This document shows, in pieces, positions 8,657 through 18,307 of a DNA stretch of 39,606 bases. A model generated the notes under the pieces. It ran no database searches, was not told the origin of the DNA, and worked only from the letters and a program-made list of their open reading frames with translations. The DNA lies in IMG/VR virus record IMGVR_UViG_3300048080_000084, positions 1 through 39,606 of that record; one strand, given 5' to 3'. The DNA is from a virus. Its lineage: Duplodnaviria > Caudoviricetes. Each line of letters begins with the position of its first letter. The first letter of the stretch is position 1. A program made the position numbers and the translations under genes.

Positions 8657-9448
8657 ATGGCTAAGGACGTAGCAGAAAAGAAAGGTACTGACATCACGGT
8701 CCTGGACTCAGGGATGATGATGCAGGACTCGGCAATTGGCTTCACTGGTGTGGACATGAAGGATGTCGCCATCCCATACGTGGCAATCCTACAGGCGCTC
8801 TCGCCACAGGTCAAGAAGGGCGCTCAAAAGGTCGAAGGCGCTGAGGAAGGAGACATCTTCAACAATGTCACCGGCCGCGTTGTCAAGGGAAGCAAGGGCC
8901 TCATGGTCATCCCCTGTGCGTACCAGAAGCGATACGTGGAGTGGAATGACAGGGATAAGGGTGGGGGCTTTGTCAAGGCTCACACCGACGAGCGCATCCT
9001 GGAAAAGACCAGCAAGAACGAGAAGAACCAGGACGTGATGCAAGGCAATAGCCACCTCATCGTGACCACGGCCTACCACTTCTGTGTGATCCTAAACGAG
9101 GATGGCACGTTCGAGCGGGTGGTCATCCCCATGTCCAGCACGCAACTCAAGAAGTCCCGCAAGTGGAACGCCATTATGATGGGGCTTCAGTTGGCCAAGC
9201 CCTCGGGTGGCGTCTACACGCCGCCGCCATTCAGCCACAGCTATCCGCTGACCACCATCCAGGAGGTCAAGGACAAGAACACGTGGTATGGGTGGAATAT
9301 CGGCAATCCGAAGCAAATCACGAACGTGGACATTTACCAATATGCCCGGCACCTCTCAGTAGAGGTGAACAAGGGTCTGGTGGATGTGACGCCGCAGCAA
9401 GCATCGGAACCGGACGCAACACCAGAAGCAAGCGGAAAACACTTCTAA
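8657..9448 (+). CDS. Putative ssDNA-binding/annealing protein
   Basis: LQALSPQV, YVEW, MSSTQLKKSRKWN, WYGW; strong RBS (AGGAG), biased codon use, and position before the primase. Function is inferred. Confidence 0.55.
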   Translation: MAKDVAEKKGTDITVLDSGMMMQDSAIGFTGVDMKDVAIPYVAILQALSPQVKKGAQKVEGAEEGDIFNNVTGRVVKGSKGLMVIPCAYQKRYVEWNDRDKGGGFVKAHTDERILEKTSKNEKNQDVMQGNSHLIVTTAYHFCVILNEDGTFERVVIPMSSTQLKKSRKWNAIMMGLQLAKPSGGVYTPPPFSHSYPLTTIQEVKDKNTWYGWNIGNPKQITNVDIYQYARHLSVEVNKGLVDVTPQQASEPDATPEASGKHF

Positions 9449-9463
9449 CGTCGAGGGTCAAGG

Positions 9464-9495
9464 AGCCTCTCCCGGGATAGCTGGGGGAGGCTTTT
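9464..9495 (+). terminator. GC-rich hairpin (terminator/attenuator) overlapping the primase RBS
   Basis: AGCCTCTCCCGG-gatag-CTGGGGGAGGCT-TTT. Confidence 0.6.
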
Positions 9496-9498
9496 CCC

Positions 9499-11019
9499 AT
9501 GTCTACTGCAGCTCGACTATTGGCGCTTTTTAATGGGTTGCATAGAGCCTATGGCATTTACCGGATCGTAACCACAAAGGACGAGGGGCCGAAGCTAGTT
9601 GGCAACACGTCAAGCATCAAGACCGTGCGTGGTGAGGTCAATGAGGAGCTCTGGACCAAGCACCTAGAGGGTAGCCAGGGCTTGGGGATTATCCCGATTC
9701 GTGATGATAATACCGTGGTTTTCGGCGCCATTGACATTGACGTCTATGAGGGGCTCGACTACGCGGCGATTTCCAGGAAGATCAAAGAGTTCAAGTTACC
9801 GCTAGTACCATGTCGCTCAAAGTCAGGCGGTGTTCATTGCTACATGTTCACAAAGGAACCAGTACCAGCGAAGCTAGTACAGTCGAAGCTTACAGAGTTT
9901 GCCGCGGCACTCGGGCATGGTGGCGTTGAGATTTTCCCAAAGCAAACGGAGATTATCGCCGAGAAGGGGGATGTTGGTCAGTGGATTAACATGCCCTACT
10001 TCAATGAGAAAGAGACCACTCGGTATGGGCTAACTATTGACGGCTCACCAATGACTTGTGACGCGTTCTTAGAATACGCGGAAGTAATGAAAATTGACCT
10101 TATAACATTAAAAGGTCTACGGGTCATATCACAAGACAAGCTCAATGATGGACCACCATGCCTTCAGCACCTAATCACCATTGGGTTCCCCCCTGGTACC
10201 AGAAACGATGGCCTCTTTAACATCGCCGTGTACCTGCGCAAAGCAAACCCTGAAACCTGGGAGAAAGATATTTATGAGTACAACAAGCTCTACCTGCGAC
10301 CACCCCTTACACCAGACGAAGTTGAGGGAGTTACTAAGTCTGCAAAACGAAAAGAATATCTCTACACCTGTTCTAAACCTCCTATCAAACCATACTGCAA
10401 TTCAGGCCTATGTAGGACAAGAAAGCATGGGATCGGAATCTTGCAAGGTATGCCAGTTATTACAGGTCTTACTAAGTTCGACTCCCGTCCACCTATCTGG
10501 TTTGCAGATATTGAGGGTGGAGGTAGACTTGAGCTTACTACAGAAGATCTACAGAACCAATTAAGGTTCCAGAAGAGTTGCATGGACGCCTTGAACTCAA
10601 TGCCTGCCACAATGAAGCCAAGTATCTGGAATACCATGATCTCTGCGCTATTGGAGAAGGTCAACATTGTAGAGGCACCTCCTGAAGCTAGCCCAGTGGG
10701 CCAGTTGATGCTTCACCTTGAAACATTCTGCACGTCACGGGCGCAGGCCAAGTCTAAGGATGAGTTATTGCTTGGTAAACCTTTCTTGGAAGAATCTCGT
10801 CACTACTTTCGCTTAAACGACTTCACACAATATCTGGACAGACTGCACTTTCGGCTCTTTAACCCTGCACAGGTAGCCTCGGTGCTACGAGACACTGGCG
10901 GGGAACATAAGTTCTTTAACCTTAAGGGTAGGGGAATCAACTGCTTCTCTTACCCTGAATTCAAACGTCAAACAGAGGTGCACGAGATTCCTGACTATAA
11001 GGATAAGGATGCTTTCTAA
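9499..11019 (+). CDS. Primase (AEP/prim-pol-like with PriCT-like domain)
   Basis: GAIDID, RSKSGGVH, EIFPKQ, INMPYF, PPCL, GTRNDGLF. Confidence 0.8.
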   Translation: MSTAARLLALFNGLHRAYGIYRIVTTKDEGPKLVGNTSSIKTVRGEVNEELWTKHLEGSQGLGIIPIRDDNTVVFGAIDIDVYEGLDYAAISRKIKEFKLPLVPCRSKSGGVHCYMFTKEPVPAKLVQSKLTEFAAALGHGGVEIFPKQTEIIAEKGDVGQWINMPYFNEKETTRYGLTIDGSPMTCDAFLEYAEVMKIDLITLKGLRVISQDKLNDGPPCLQHLITIGFPPGTRNDGLFNIAVYLRKANPETWEKDIYEYNKLYLRPPLTPDEVEGVTKSAKRKEYLYTCSKPPIKPYCNSGLCRTRKHGIGILQGMPVITGLTKFDSRPPIWFADIEGGGRLELTTEDLQNQLRFQKSCMDALNSMPATMKPSIWNTMISALLEKVNIVEAPPEASPVGQLMLHLETFCTSRAQAKSKDELLLGKPFLEESRHYFRLNDFTQYLDRLHFRLFNPAQVASVLRDTGGEHKFFNLKGRGINCFSYPEFKRQTEVHEIPDYKDKDAF

Positions 11020-12496
11020 GGTTAACATTATCCTCGGACCGCCAGGCACTGGCAAGACTACGAGATTACTCAACCTCGTTGATGAGTACCTGTCTAAGGG
11101 GACAAGGCCAGATAAGATCGCCTTCATCTCATTCACGAAGCGCGCCACAGAGGAGGCACGTGACAGGGCGAAGGCAAGGTTTAAGTTAAGCTCCGAGGAC
11201 CTCGAATACTTCCGCACCATCCACTCCCTGGCATTCAAGCAGCTGGGGCTATCAACAGGCTCAGTGATCAAGTGGTCAAACTATAAGGAGTTCGGGCGAG
11301 ACGTAGGCATTGAGATCACTGGGAGACAGAACTCAGATGACGGCACCATGGCACAAATATCCAAGGGTGACCGCCTCATCTTCATAGAGCAGCTGGCAAG
11401 GCTGCAGTGCCGGCCACTCAAGGAGGTGTGGGAAGAGGCCAGGGATGATGAGATTACTTGGTGGGAGATTGACCAGGTAAGTCGCGCCTTTCAGAAGTAT
11501 AAGCAGGTGAATGCTTTGATAGATTACACGGACATGCTCACCCGCATGTATGAGTCGGGGTTCATTCCAAAGTTTGACGTGGTCATCGTGGATGAGGCCC
11601 AGGACCTAAGTCAACTGCAGTGGAAGATTGTACAGCGGCTCATTGACAGCAGTGAGGTTGCGTATGTCGCAGGTGATGATGACCAAGCAATATTCAGATG
11701 GTCAGGGGCGGACATTGAGCACTTCATAGGGCTACAGGGAAATGTAACAGTCCTAGAACAGAGCTACAGGCTCCCTAAGGTCGTGCATGAGCTCGCCGTT
11801 GGGATTACTAAGGGCATAGAGAAACGGCGTGAGAAACGATTTAATTCGAGGGATTTTAATGGGTATATACATTGGATGAATTATATCGAAGACTTAAATC
11901 TTGCACAAGGCAACTGGCTACTACTAGCCAGGAACTCATACCATGTGAAGAATCTGGCTGAAAACTGCAAGAATCTGGGTGTTTTCTATTCGTTTCGGGA
12001 CGCAGGCATGGACAAGAACGAGGCACTTTTGGCGGCTAGATGTTGGCAGCGACTGCTCAAAGGGAGCACCGAAAGCGCCGGTGAAATTAAGAATATATTT
12101 TTACACATGCACCACAAACCTGAGTTACGACTCTTAAAGATGCAGGAGAAGTGGTCTCTGGATGATTTGGACAAGGGGCTGCTGATAAGGAACCGAGGTC
12201 CGTGGCACGAGGTGCTAGATGCCATGCGCGTGGAGGACAGTGAAAGTATCAAGGCAATGCTGCGCCGTGGTGAAAAGCTTCAAGAGCCCCCGCGCGTGCG
12301 CATCTCAACCATCCATGGCGCCAAGGGGGCTGAGGCAGACAACGTGGCCTTGTTCACTGACGTCTCATACCGCACCTTCCAGGGGATGCAGACAAACCCT
12401 GATGACGAGGCCCGGGTGTTCTATGTCGGAGTCACTAGGGCGAAGGAAAGCCTGTGTATCATGAACCCGCAAACTGATAAATATTACCAACTGTGA
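11009..12496 (+). CDS. Superfamily 1 UvrD/Rep-like helicase
   Basis: GPPGTGKT, TIHSL, VDEAQD, GDDDQAI, QSYR, STIHGAKGAE, YVGVTRAK. Confidence 0.93.
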   Translation: MLSKVNIILGPPGTGKTTRLLNLVDEYLSKGTRPDKIAFISFTKRATEEARDRAKARFKLSSEDLEYFRTIHSLAFKQLGLSTGSVIKWSNYKEFGRDVGIEITGRQNSDDGTMAQISKGDRLIFIEQLARLQCRPLKEVWEEARDDEITWWEIDQVSRAFQKYKQVNALIDYTDMLTRMYESGFIPKFDVVIVDEAQDLSQLQWKIVQRLIDSSEVAYVAGDDDQAIFRWSGADIEHFIGLQGNVTVLEQSYRLPKVVHELAVGITKGIEKRREKRFNSRDFNGYIHWMNYIEDLNLAQGNWLLLARNSYHVKNLAENCKNLGVFYSFRDAGMDKNEALLAARCWQRLLKGSTESAGEIKNIFLHMHHKPELRLLKMQEKWSLDDLDKGLLIRNRGPWHEVLDAMRVEDSESIKAMLRRGEKLQEPPRVRISTIHGAKGAEADNVALFTDVSYRTFQGMQTNPDDEARVFYVGVTRAKESLCIMNPQTDKYYQL

Positions 12497-12502
12497 GGTG
12501 CT

Positions 12503-13897
12503 ATGTTTAAGACAATACCCTACAAGCACCAACTGGAGGCCTATGAGCGGTCCAAGGACCTCGAAGCGTTTGCCCTCTTCATGGAGATGGGCACTGGCAA
12601 ATCTAAAGTTATTGTCGACACTATGTGTCATCTGTTTACTACCGGGAAGATTGAGCGCGTCCTTATCTTCGCGAACAAGGGCTCTTATAGAAACTGGGCA
12701 GATACCCAACTACCTGAACACTTCTGGGAGGACCCGGAGGGGGATATCTCCGTTTGGGGACTTAATGGGGTGGTTAACCAGAAAGATCCTAAAAAGCTCT
12801 ACATTCTAGTCATGAACATTGAGGCCATCGCCTATGCCAGGGGATACGACTTCGCTGATAGTTTTATCCTGAACGATCGTACGCTCATCGTGGCAGATGA
12901 GTCGACCACCATCAAGAACCTCGACGCGAAGCGAACCAAGGCCGCCATCGCCTTAGCCAAGCAGTGTAGGTACCGGCGCATCATGACAGGGGAGCCAATC
13001 ACAAACTCACCCCTGGACCTCTATGCACAATGCCAGTTCCTAGGTAGTGGGCTGCTGGGATATACTAGCTACTACGCGTTCAGGGCGTACTATGCAAACA
13101 TGATACAAATAAGCGCAGGTGGCAGGTCATTTCGCAAGGTCACAGGATATAGGAACCTAGATAAGCTAACCAACAGCCTTAGCTACTTTAGCTATAGGAT
13201 TAAGAAAGAACAGTGCCTTGACCTACCGCCAAAGATCTATCAAACCTATGAGGTGGAGTTGACCGATGAACAACAAAAGCTATATGAGCAAATACGTGAA
13301 GATTCTATTGCTGAGCTTAGCAATCTGGTTGTTACTGCGCCTCTGGCCATTACTAAGATAATAAGGCTGCATCAGATAACTTGCGGCTTTATTAAGTCAG
13401 AGGATGGCCAGATAAAGGACCTTGATAGCCACCGACTTGAGAGGCTGCTAGAGGTCATTGAAGAGACCGATGGTTCAGTGATAATCTGGGCAAGTTATCG
13501 ACACAATATAGAAAGTATTACTAGTAAATTATCGAGTATATATGGCTCGAATTGTGTCGCTACCTATTATGGTGATACAACGGCTGAGGATCGGTCAATC
13601 GGGGTTCAAAATTTTCAAAATTTTAATGCCAGGTTCTTTGTTGGGAACCCAAAAACGGGTGGTTTTGGGCTTACCTTGACAGCCGCAAGTACCGTGGTAT
13701 ACTACTCGAACGATTACAATCTGGAAACTAGACTACAAAGCGAGGACCGAGCACATCGCATCGGTCAAACTAAGTCCGTAAACTACGTTGACTTGGTTGC
13801 CAGAGGCACGGTAGATGAGAAGATTATCAAGGCCTTACGTAGTAAGAAACAAGTAGCCTCCACCGTCTTGGGAGACGAGTGGAGGCAGTGGATTTGA
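12503..13897 (+). CDS. Superfamily 2 SNF2-like helicase
   Basis: MEMGTGKS, DESTTIKN, TGEP, GGFGLTLT, QSEDRAHRIGQ. Confidence 0.93.
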   Translation: MFKTIPYKHQLEAYERSKDLEAFALFMEMGTGKSKVIVDTMCHLFTTGKIERVLIFANKGSYRNWADTQLPEHFWEDPEGDISVWGLNGVVNQKDPKKLYILVMNIEAIAYARGYDFADSFILNDRTLIVADESTTIKNLDAKRTKAAIALAKQCRYRRIMTGEPITNSPLDLYAQCQFLGSGLLGYTSYYAFRAYYANMIQISAGGRSFRKVTGYRNLDKLTNSLSYFSYRIKKEQCLDLPPKIYQTYEVELTDEQQKLYEQIREDSIAELSNLVVTAPLAITKIIRLHQITCGFIKSEDGQIKDLDSHRLERLLEVIEETDGSVIIWASYRHNIESITSKLSSIYGSNCVATYYGDTTAEDRSIGVQNFQNFNARFFVGNPKTGGFGLTLTAASTVVYYSNDYNLETRLQSEDRAHRIGQTKSVNYVDLVARGTVDEKIIKALRSKKQVASTVLGDEWRQWI

Positions 13898-13898
13898 G

Positions 13899-13967
13899 TC
13901 AGTAAAGGTTAGGCTTCTTTTTCTTTGGCGGACTCTTGATCTTTTTTGGCTTGTCAAGACGTATCAT
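13899..13967 (-). CDS. Possible 22-aa basic peptide (MIRLDKPKKIKSPPKKKKPNLY); not in the ORF track
   Basis: GAGGAG RBS, ATGA overlap with the upstream stop; ends immediately next to the convergent helicase stop. Confidence 0.4.
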   Translation of the reverse strand: MIRLDKPKKIKSPPKKKKPNLY

Positions 13968-14113
13968 TGGATCGCTCCTCTCAGGCCAATAGCCCCAGCT
14001 GCCTCAATCAGCCTCGGTGACAGGGATTTTGTCTGGATTGACTCCACGACTCCGATGATGGCAAGGCCAACAGCCGCCCACCAAGTCAGTGATTTCGGTT
14101 TAAAGTACTTCAT
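13964..14113 (-). CDS. 49-aa membrane protein, holin candidate; not in the ORF track
   Basis: MKYFKPKSLTWWAAVGLAIIGVVESIQTKSLSPRLIEAAGAIGLRGAIQ; AAGGAG RBS at 14121-14126. Confidence 0.65.
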   Translation of the reverse strand: MKYFKPKSLTWWAAVGLAIIGVVESIQTKSLSPRLIEAAGAIGLRGAIQ

Positions 14114-14145
14114 GTCTGATCTCCTTTTGTTGTGGTTTTGTTTCG

Positions 14146-14865
14146 TCAGTTATTTACTCCGTCAAAAACTATGCATTTGAGGATTATTGCCTCAGACAGA
14201 CTTCCAGCGGTGTTGTTTCTGATAGTGACAACCGAAGACCCAGCCGCCGCCCGGGCGTTGATATTGTAGGCTCCGAATGTGCCAGTGGCGTGGTGCTTGC
14301 AGTCTACGAAATCCTCGGCGCTGACGGTTGAATTCGTCCATGTAAACGAGACGATTGCGGCCGCTGCCAGAGCCGCGTTATTCATGGTGATATTTCCCAT
14401 GCGTTCGTTCAAGGTGACGCCCGTGCTTTTGTTGGTGGCCTGGGTGACCGCACCGCCGTTTCCAGCCGTAAAGCCTATGCCGCCCCCGGAAGTAGCTATG
14501 TCGCCTGTCAAGGCGATGGAGGTGCCCGTGGCCGCTCCAAGTACTGGGGTTGTAAAGACTGGGCTTGTCATGGTTTGAACGCCGGTGAAAATATTCGCCG
14601 CATCCGTTCTTGCCACCGTGAAAGAAGCATCCGGGAAAGTCACCGTCCGCGCCGCCGTGGGGCCGGAGAAAGTGATTTGCTGGGCGAAAATCGGGAGTAT
14701 TGAACTTGCATTCGGCAGAGTCGTTTGTGTTCTCCAAGCCGAACCATTCCAGAGTTGCAAAGTTTTATCGGTTGTATCTACGCAGATATACCCGTAATTG
14801 GATGGGGCGGCATTAGATAAAGTTTGAAGGGCGAATGCCAAGAAAAAATAAAGTTTGATTTTCAT
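14146..14865 (-). CDS. Tail-fibre-like protein with N-terminal signal peptide
   Basis: Thr/Ala/Gly-rich beta sequence, GGAVTQATNKSTGVTLN motif; N-terminus MKIKLYFFLAFALQTLSNA. Confidence 0.7.
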   Translation of the reverse strand: MKIKLYFFLAFALQTLSNAAPSNYGYICVDTTDKTLQLWNGSAWRTQTTLPNASSILPIFAQQITFSGPTAARTVTFPDASFTVARTDAANIFTGVQTMTSPVFTTPVLGAATGTSIALTGDIATSGGGIGFTAGNGGAVTQATNKSTGVTLNERMGNITMNNAALAAAAIVSFTWTNSTVSAEDFVDCKHHATGTFGAYNINARAAAGSSVVTIRNNTAGSLSEAIILKCIVFDGVNN

Positions 14866-17262
14866 TTATAAAACCGTGGAAATAGCTGTCCAAGTAGTTC
14901 CGCCATCTGTATTGATATAGGCCCGCGTGACAGCGGTTGACCCGTCCGTGCGGAGGTAGAGCGAACCCTGTCCCGCGGTGATGGTCGGAGCCCCGGAGCC
15001 GAAATAGATGCCGAGGATGCCGGGGGCGGTGCCAAGCGTGAAAGCCCCGACCGTTGAACCCCCTGCCGTTATTCCGGTAGCACCGGCGGCGACGACATTG
15101 GCCGCAGAAACAATGGTTTTCACGGCGGCGATGCCCCCGGCGGTTTTTAATGCGGCGGTGGTGGAATTGGTGGCATCAGTTGTATTAGTGTTTGAAACAA
15201 TTCCCGGCAAAGTGATTAAGCCTGTGCCGACTTGCGTTATCGCCGTATTGTTAGTCGCTTCCCCAATTGAAATAAGACTGTTCGATAACTGTAAAACTGT
15301 CCTACCAACCGTAGTGGTATTAAGATTTGTTTTGAATTGTATGTCATATCCGCGTGCCGTGCCGCTCCATGTTTCGGTGGCATTAACAAGCATATAATTA
15401 TTTCCGGACCACGCCGAACCATATCCCGCCCCCTCTAAATACGCGATAGCGTCTCCGCTTTGAATTGCCGTTTCCGCGCCGGGTGTGCCTCTTGCGTGCG
15501 CCGTGGTAATGACAGGGAATATGGAGTTACCATAAACCTGTACCGCATAACCCGTGGTGGCATTCTGCGAAACCAAAGACCGCATATAGGAACCAATCGG
15601 CGTCGCGGCATTATTAACAATTTTTATTGCGCCGCCAAAGATTGCGGTGTCAGAAAGAAAAAGCCTTTTGGGCCGCGTAGCGCCATTCGCGCCAATGTCA
15701 TACGTATTATCGGTTGTCCAAATCATATTACCGACAAAGCTATGCCCACCGTTCGCGATACTGAGAGACTTTGAACCGCCGTTTAGTGCAAGGGTCGTAT
15801 TGCTTCCACCTACGATATTTAATGCCCTGGACGCGGTAGTGGTATCGTAAGAGATATAAGCTTGCGCCGAGGAATCCGACGCTTCCCCGAAATAAGCCTT
15901 GATGTTTTTATATGACCAGTTTTCCCGCGTTGCCCCTTGACCAACAAGGGTTCCGCCCACGTAAAGCACATTATCGCGGCGGTAAAACGCGGCATTATTC
16001 ACAATGCCGGTCGAATCTCCCGTAACTACTGCGGGATTGATGAAACATTTTTGTACATCATTTCCCAAATAAATTTGATGCACACCATTCACCAGGTTTC
16101 CTTCCGCATAGCCGGGTTCCAATATTGAACGCGTTACCTGTGAAAAATTCCACCCATATTGACTATTAGCGAAGCCATTTCCTCCGATAATACGGATAGA
16201 TTCCGGGACATAATTTTGATACGCCGCGCCGGGATTTCCGGCGCTGTCTCTTTGAATGCGAAAACCGTCATACAGTCCGGGCGCAACCGGAGCCACGCCG
16301 TAAGCGGTCGCGCCGTTATAAGCCGTGTACGGCTGAATGAAGGTCAGGACATTCGCGCCAGTCCCAACCAAAATTCCATGCTGGCCATTGTACTCCGACA
16401 GGACGTTGGTGAAAACTGAATTGTAAGGCCCGTTTCCAGCGACACCGCCATGAAGGAAAATTCCGGAAAGGAAAAAACTTTGGACAAAAACGTCAGTCAT
16501 GGTAATGGGGGATTCTATGTCAAAGCCGTATCCTTGGCTTCCGGTAACTGGTGTCCAGGAATTCGGCAAAACATGGACATGCGAAATTGAATTGCTATTC
16601 ACACTGGAATTGTCGGCCAAGCGCGTTGTGAAGGCCGGGGCGACATCCAAGGCGTTGAATTTAAGGATGGTTTGGCCGACTCCAGCCGCCCGGACGCCTT
16701 TCCCAACTATTTGCAAATCAATCATGTTTATCGTTGCGGATAGGATATAGGTTCCCGTATCGCAATTCAATTCCCCTTTGGAAAGTATTGCAAATTGAAA
16801 CGCGGCATTGCTTGACGTGCTGCCGTCGGGAATCGCCCCCCACCATTCGGGAAATTTCGGTATGCCCATGGGCACAAGGGTGTTCCCGGTTCCGCTTTGA
16901 TAGAACACCTTGTACCGTCCCGGCGGGGTCATGTTCAAAATCGTGAGGGTCTTGGTTGTCGCCACATTGAACCCACCGTAGGGTGAGAACTGCACATTCA
17001 CATTCGCCGGAATCGTGGTGTTATCTGAAATCGCCGCAATCGTATCCATTACGAGTGTCACCTTGCGAGATCCGATGGCGGTGAGCATGGTCGTGAGGTT
17101 GTCACCCTTTTCATAGTACAGAATATTGTTTACCGGCTTCACTTGGCCAGACGTGGACGCCCGAAGGCCGCGACCTTGGAGAGTACCGGAAAGAGAGGGA
17201 TCGGTAATGACAGCGAATGCCAATGTCGAAATCACGCCGAGAAACAAAAACGTTTTTTTCAT
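14866..17262 (-). CDS. Tailspike/beta-helix receptor-binding-like protein with N-terminal signal peptide
   Basis: PEWWGAIPDG...AAFQFAI...GTYIL beta-helix entry; C-terminal GSGAP...GSLYLRTDG; N-terminus MKKTFLFLGVISTLAFA. Confidence 0.75.
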   Translation of the reverse strand: MKKTFLFLGVISTLAFAVITDPSLSGTLQGRGLRASTSGQVKPVNNILYYEKGDNLTTMLTAIGSRKVTLVMDTIAAISDNTTIPANVNVQFSPYGGFNVATTKTLTILNMTPPGRYKVFYQSGTGNTLVPMGIPKFPEWWGAIPDGSTSSNAAFQFAILSKGELNCDTGTYILSATINMIDLQIVGKGVRAAGVGQTILKFNALDVAPAFTTRLADNSSVNSNSISHVHVLPNSWTPVTGSQGYGFDIESPITMTDVFVQSFFLSGIFLHGGVAGNGPYNSVFTNVLSEYNGQHGILVGTGANVLTFIQPYTAYNGATAYGVAPVAPGLYDGFRIQRDSAGNPGAAYQNYVPESIRIIGGNGFANSQYGWNFSQVTRSILEPGYAEGNLVNGVHQIYLGNDVQKCFINPAVVTGDSTGIVNNAAFYRRDNVLYVGGTLVGQGATRENWSYKNIKAYFGEASDSSAQAYISYDTTTASRALNIVGGSNTTLALNGGSKSLSIANGGHSFVGNMIWTTDNTYDIGANGATRPKRLFLSDTAIFGGAIKIVNNAATPIGSYMRSLVSQNATTGYAVQVYGNSIFPVITTAHARGTPGAETAIQSGDAIAYLEGAGYGSAWSGNNYMLVNATETWSGTARGYDIQFKTNLNTTTVGRTVLQLSNSLISIGEATNNTAITQVGTGLITLPGIVSNTNTTDATNSTTAALKTAGGIAAVKTIVSAANVVAAGATGITAGGSTVGAFTLGTAPGILGIYFGSGAPTITAGQGSLYLRTDGSTAVTRAYINTDGGTTWTAISTVL

Positions 17263-17263
17263 T

Positions 17264-17710
17264 TTATGCAGCCTTTGAAAGCTTTAACCAAATGGAAAAA
17301 GCACCTTGTGTAAGTACATTAAGATTAGCCCCAGTTGAGACAAGTTGAACACGAAGAGCTGTTGCAACCGCTTGGTCATACCAATCCTGAATATTAACAG
17401 GTTGCCCGGTTCCATTACCAACAGCTTGTAATACATCAAACAGTGGTATAATACGCTCAAGAGAACCAACAATGCCAGCTGAAGCCTCTACTGTAAGTAT
17501 ACCAGGGCCAGCAAAGGCCGTTGTGTGCTTAATCATCGCGTCATCTACATGACCACCTGCCTGTAGGCTATAAAGCAAAATGTCTTCTTGTACATCAGCC
17601 ACTGCAAAATCAGTATAGTCAAATGTAAAAGCGGGAAGCCACGTAGGAATTGAAGTCAATGCCCCTGGACTACCACCAGGGGATAACAGGGTTGTGCCTT
17701 TAAGAGACAT
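17264..17710 (-). CDS. Probable virion structural protein
   Basis: Beta-rich ORF within the structural operon; start ATG 17710, 1 nt after the previous stop. Confidence 0.6.
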   Translation of the reverse strand: MSLKGTTLLSPGGSPGALTSIPTWLPAFTFDYTDFAVADVQEDILLYSLQAGGHVDDAMIKHTTAFAGPGILTVEASAGIVGSLERIIPLFDVLQAVGNGTGQPVNIQDWYDQAVATALRVQLVSTGANLNVLTQGAFSIWLKLSKAA

Positions 17711-17711
17711 G

Positions 17712-18038
17712 CTAGTTGCCCTCCCCGATCTCAATACTGACCTTGTTATCAATCGCCGATATTACAGCAATATGAGTAACATTCGCATTGATTCTGCGAG
17801 TTTGTATTGAACCAGCGGCCAACACTAAGTCGCTTGTTGAACCGTCAAATGCTGGAATAGCTGCGGTGATGGTTGAATCACCTAAAGCGTAGTACACAGA
17901 CTCGCCAGCCACTGTTCCGAGGTGGGACATAAGGATGTCGAGAACAGTTCCAGTTATCGGAAGTGGGTATGCAGCTGAAGCAACACCTGCTGTTATGTTG
18001 AGTGGCTTTCCAAAAGCCTTGAACGGCCTGTTACTCAT
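17712..18038 (-). CDS. Probable small virion protein
   Basis: 108-aa beta-rich ORF in the structural operon. Confidence 0.6.
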   Translation of the reverse strand: MSNRPFKAFGKPLNITAGVASAAYPLPITGTVLDILMSHLGTVAGESVYYALGDSTITAAIPAFDGSTSDLVLAAGSIQTRRINANVTHIAVISAIDNKVSIEIGEGN

Positions 18039-18298
18039 CGACTTCTCCTTTGTTGTTTCATGTAGTCAACCGCCTCTTTGAGAGCCTCGTTGTTCTTATC
18101 ACCAGCTTGAATCGCTTTCTCAAGAACAACACTGTTGGCCCCAATGACCTTGGTGTTGTTCTCCATCACTGGCTTCATCTCCTTGCTGTTGTTGAACATG
18201 AAGTACAACAACACGCAAAGGATGACGAACAGCGGTCCTTGCTTCATAGCATGCATGAGCAAGGACTCTTTTGTGGGTTTCAACTCTTCATCTGACAC
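18035..18298 (-). CDS. Single-TM membrane protein, holin candidate (BhlA-like layout)
   Basis: QGPLFVILCVLLYFMF helix followed by a coiled coil and a basic C-terminus. Confidence 0.5.
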   Translation of the reverse strand: MSDEELKPTKESLLMHAMKQGPLFVILCVLLYFMFNNSKEMKPVMENNTKVIGANSVVLEKAIQAGDKNNEALKEAVDYMKQQRRSR

Positions 18299-18307
18299 TA
18301 AGACCTC

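Noticed and set aside
17223-17230. Fourth TTCGACAT (- strand)
   Set aside because: It lies inside a coding region and lacks both the CTTRC and GTATATTAT boxes at the fixed spacing.
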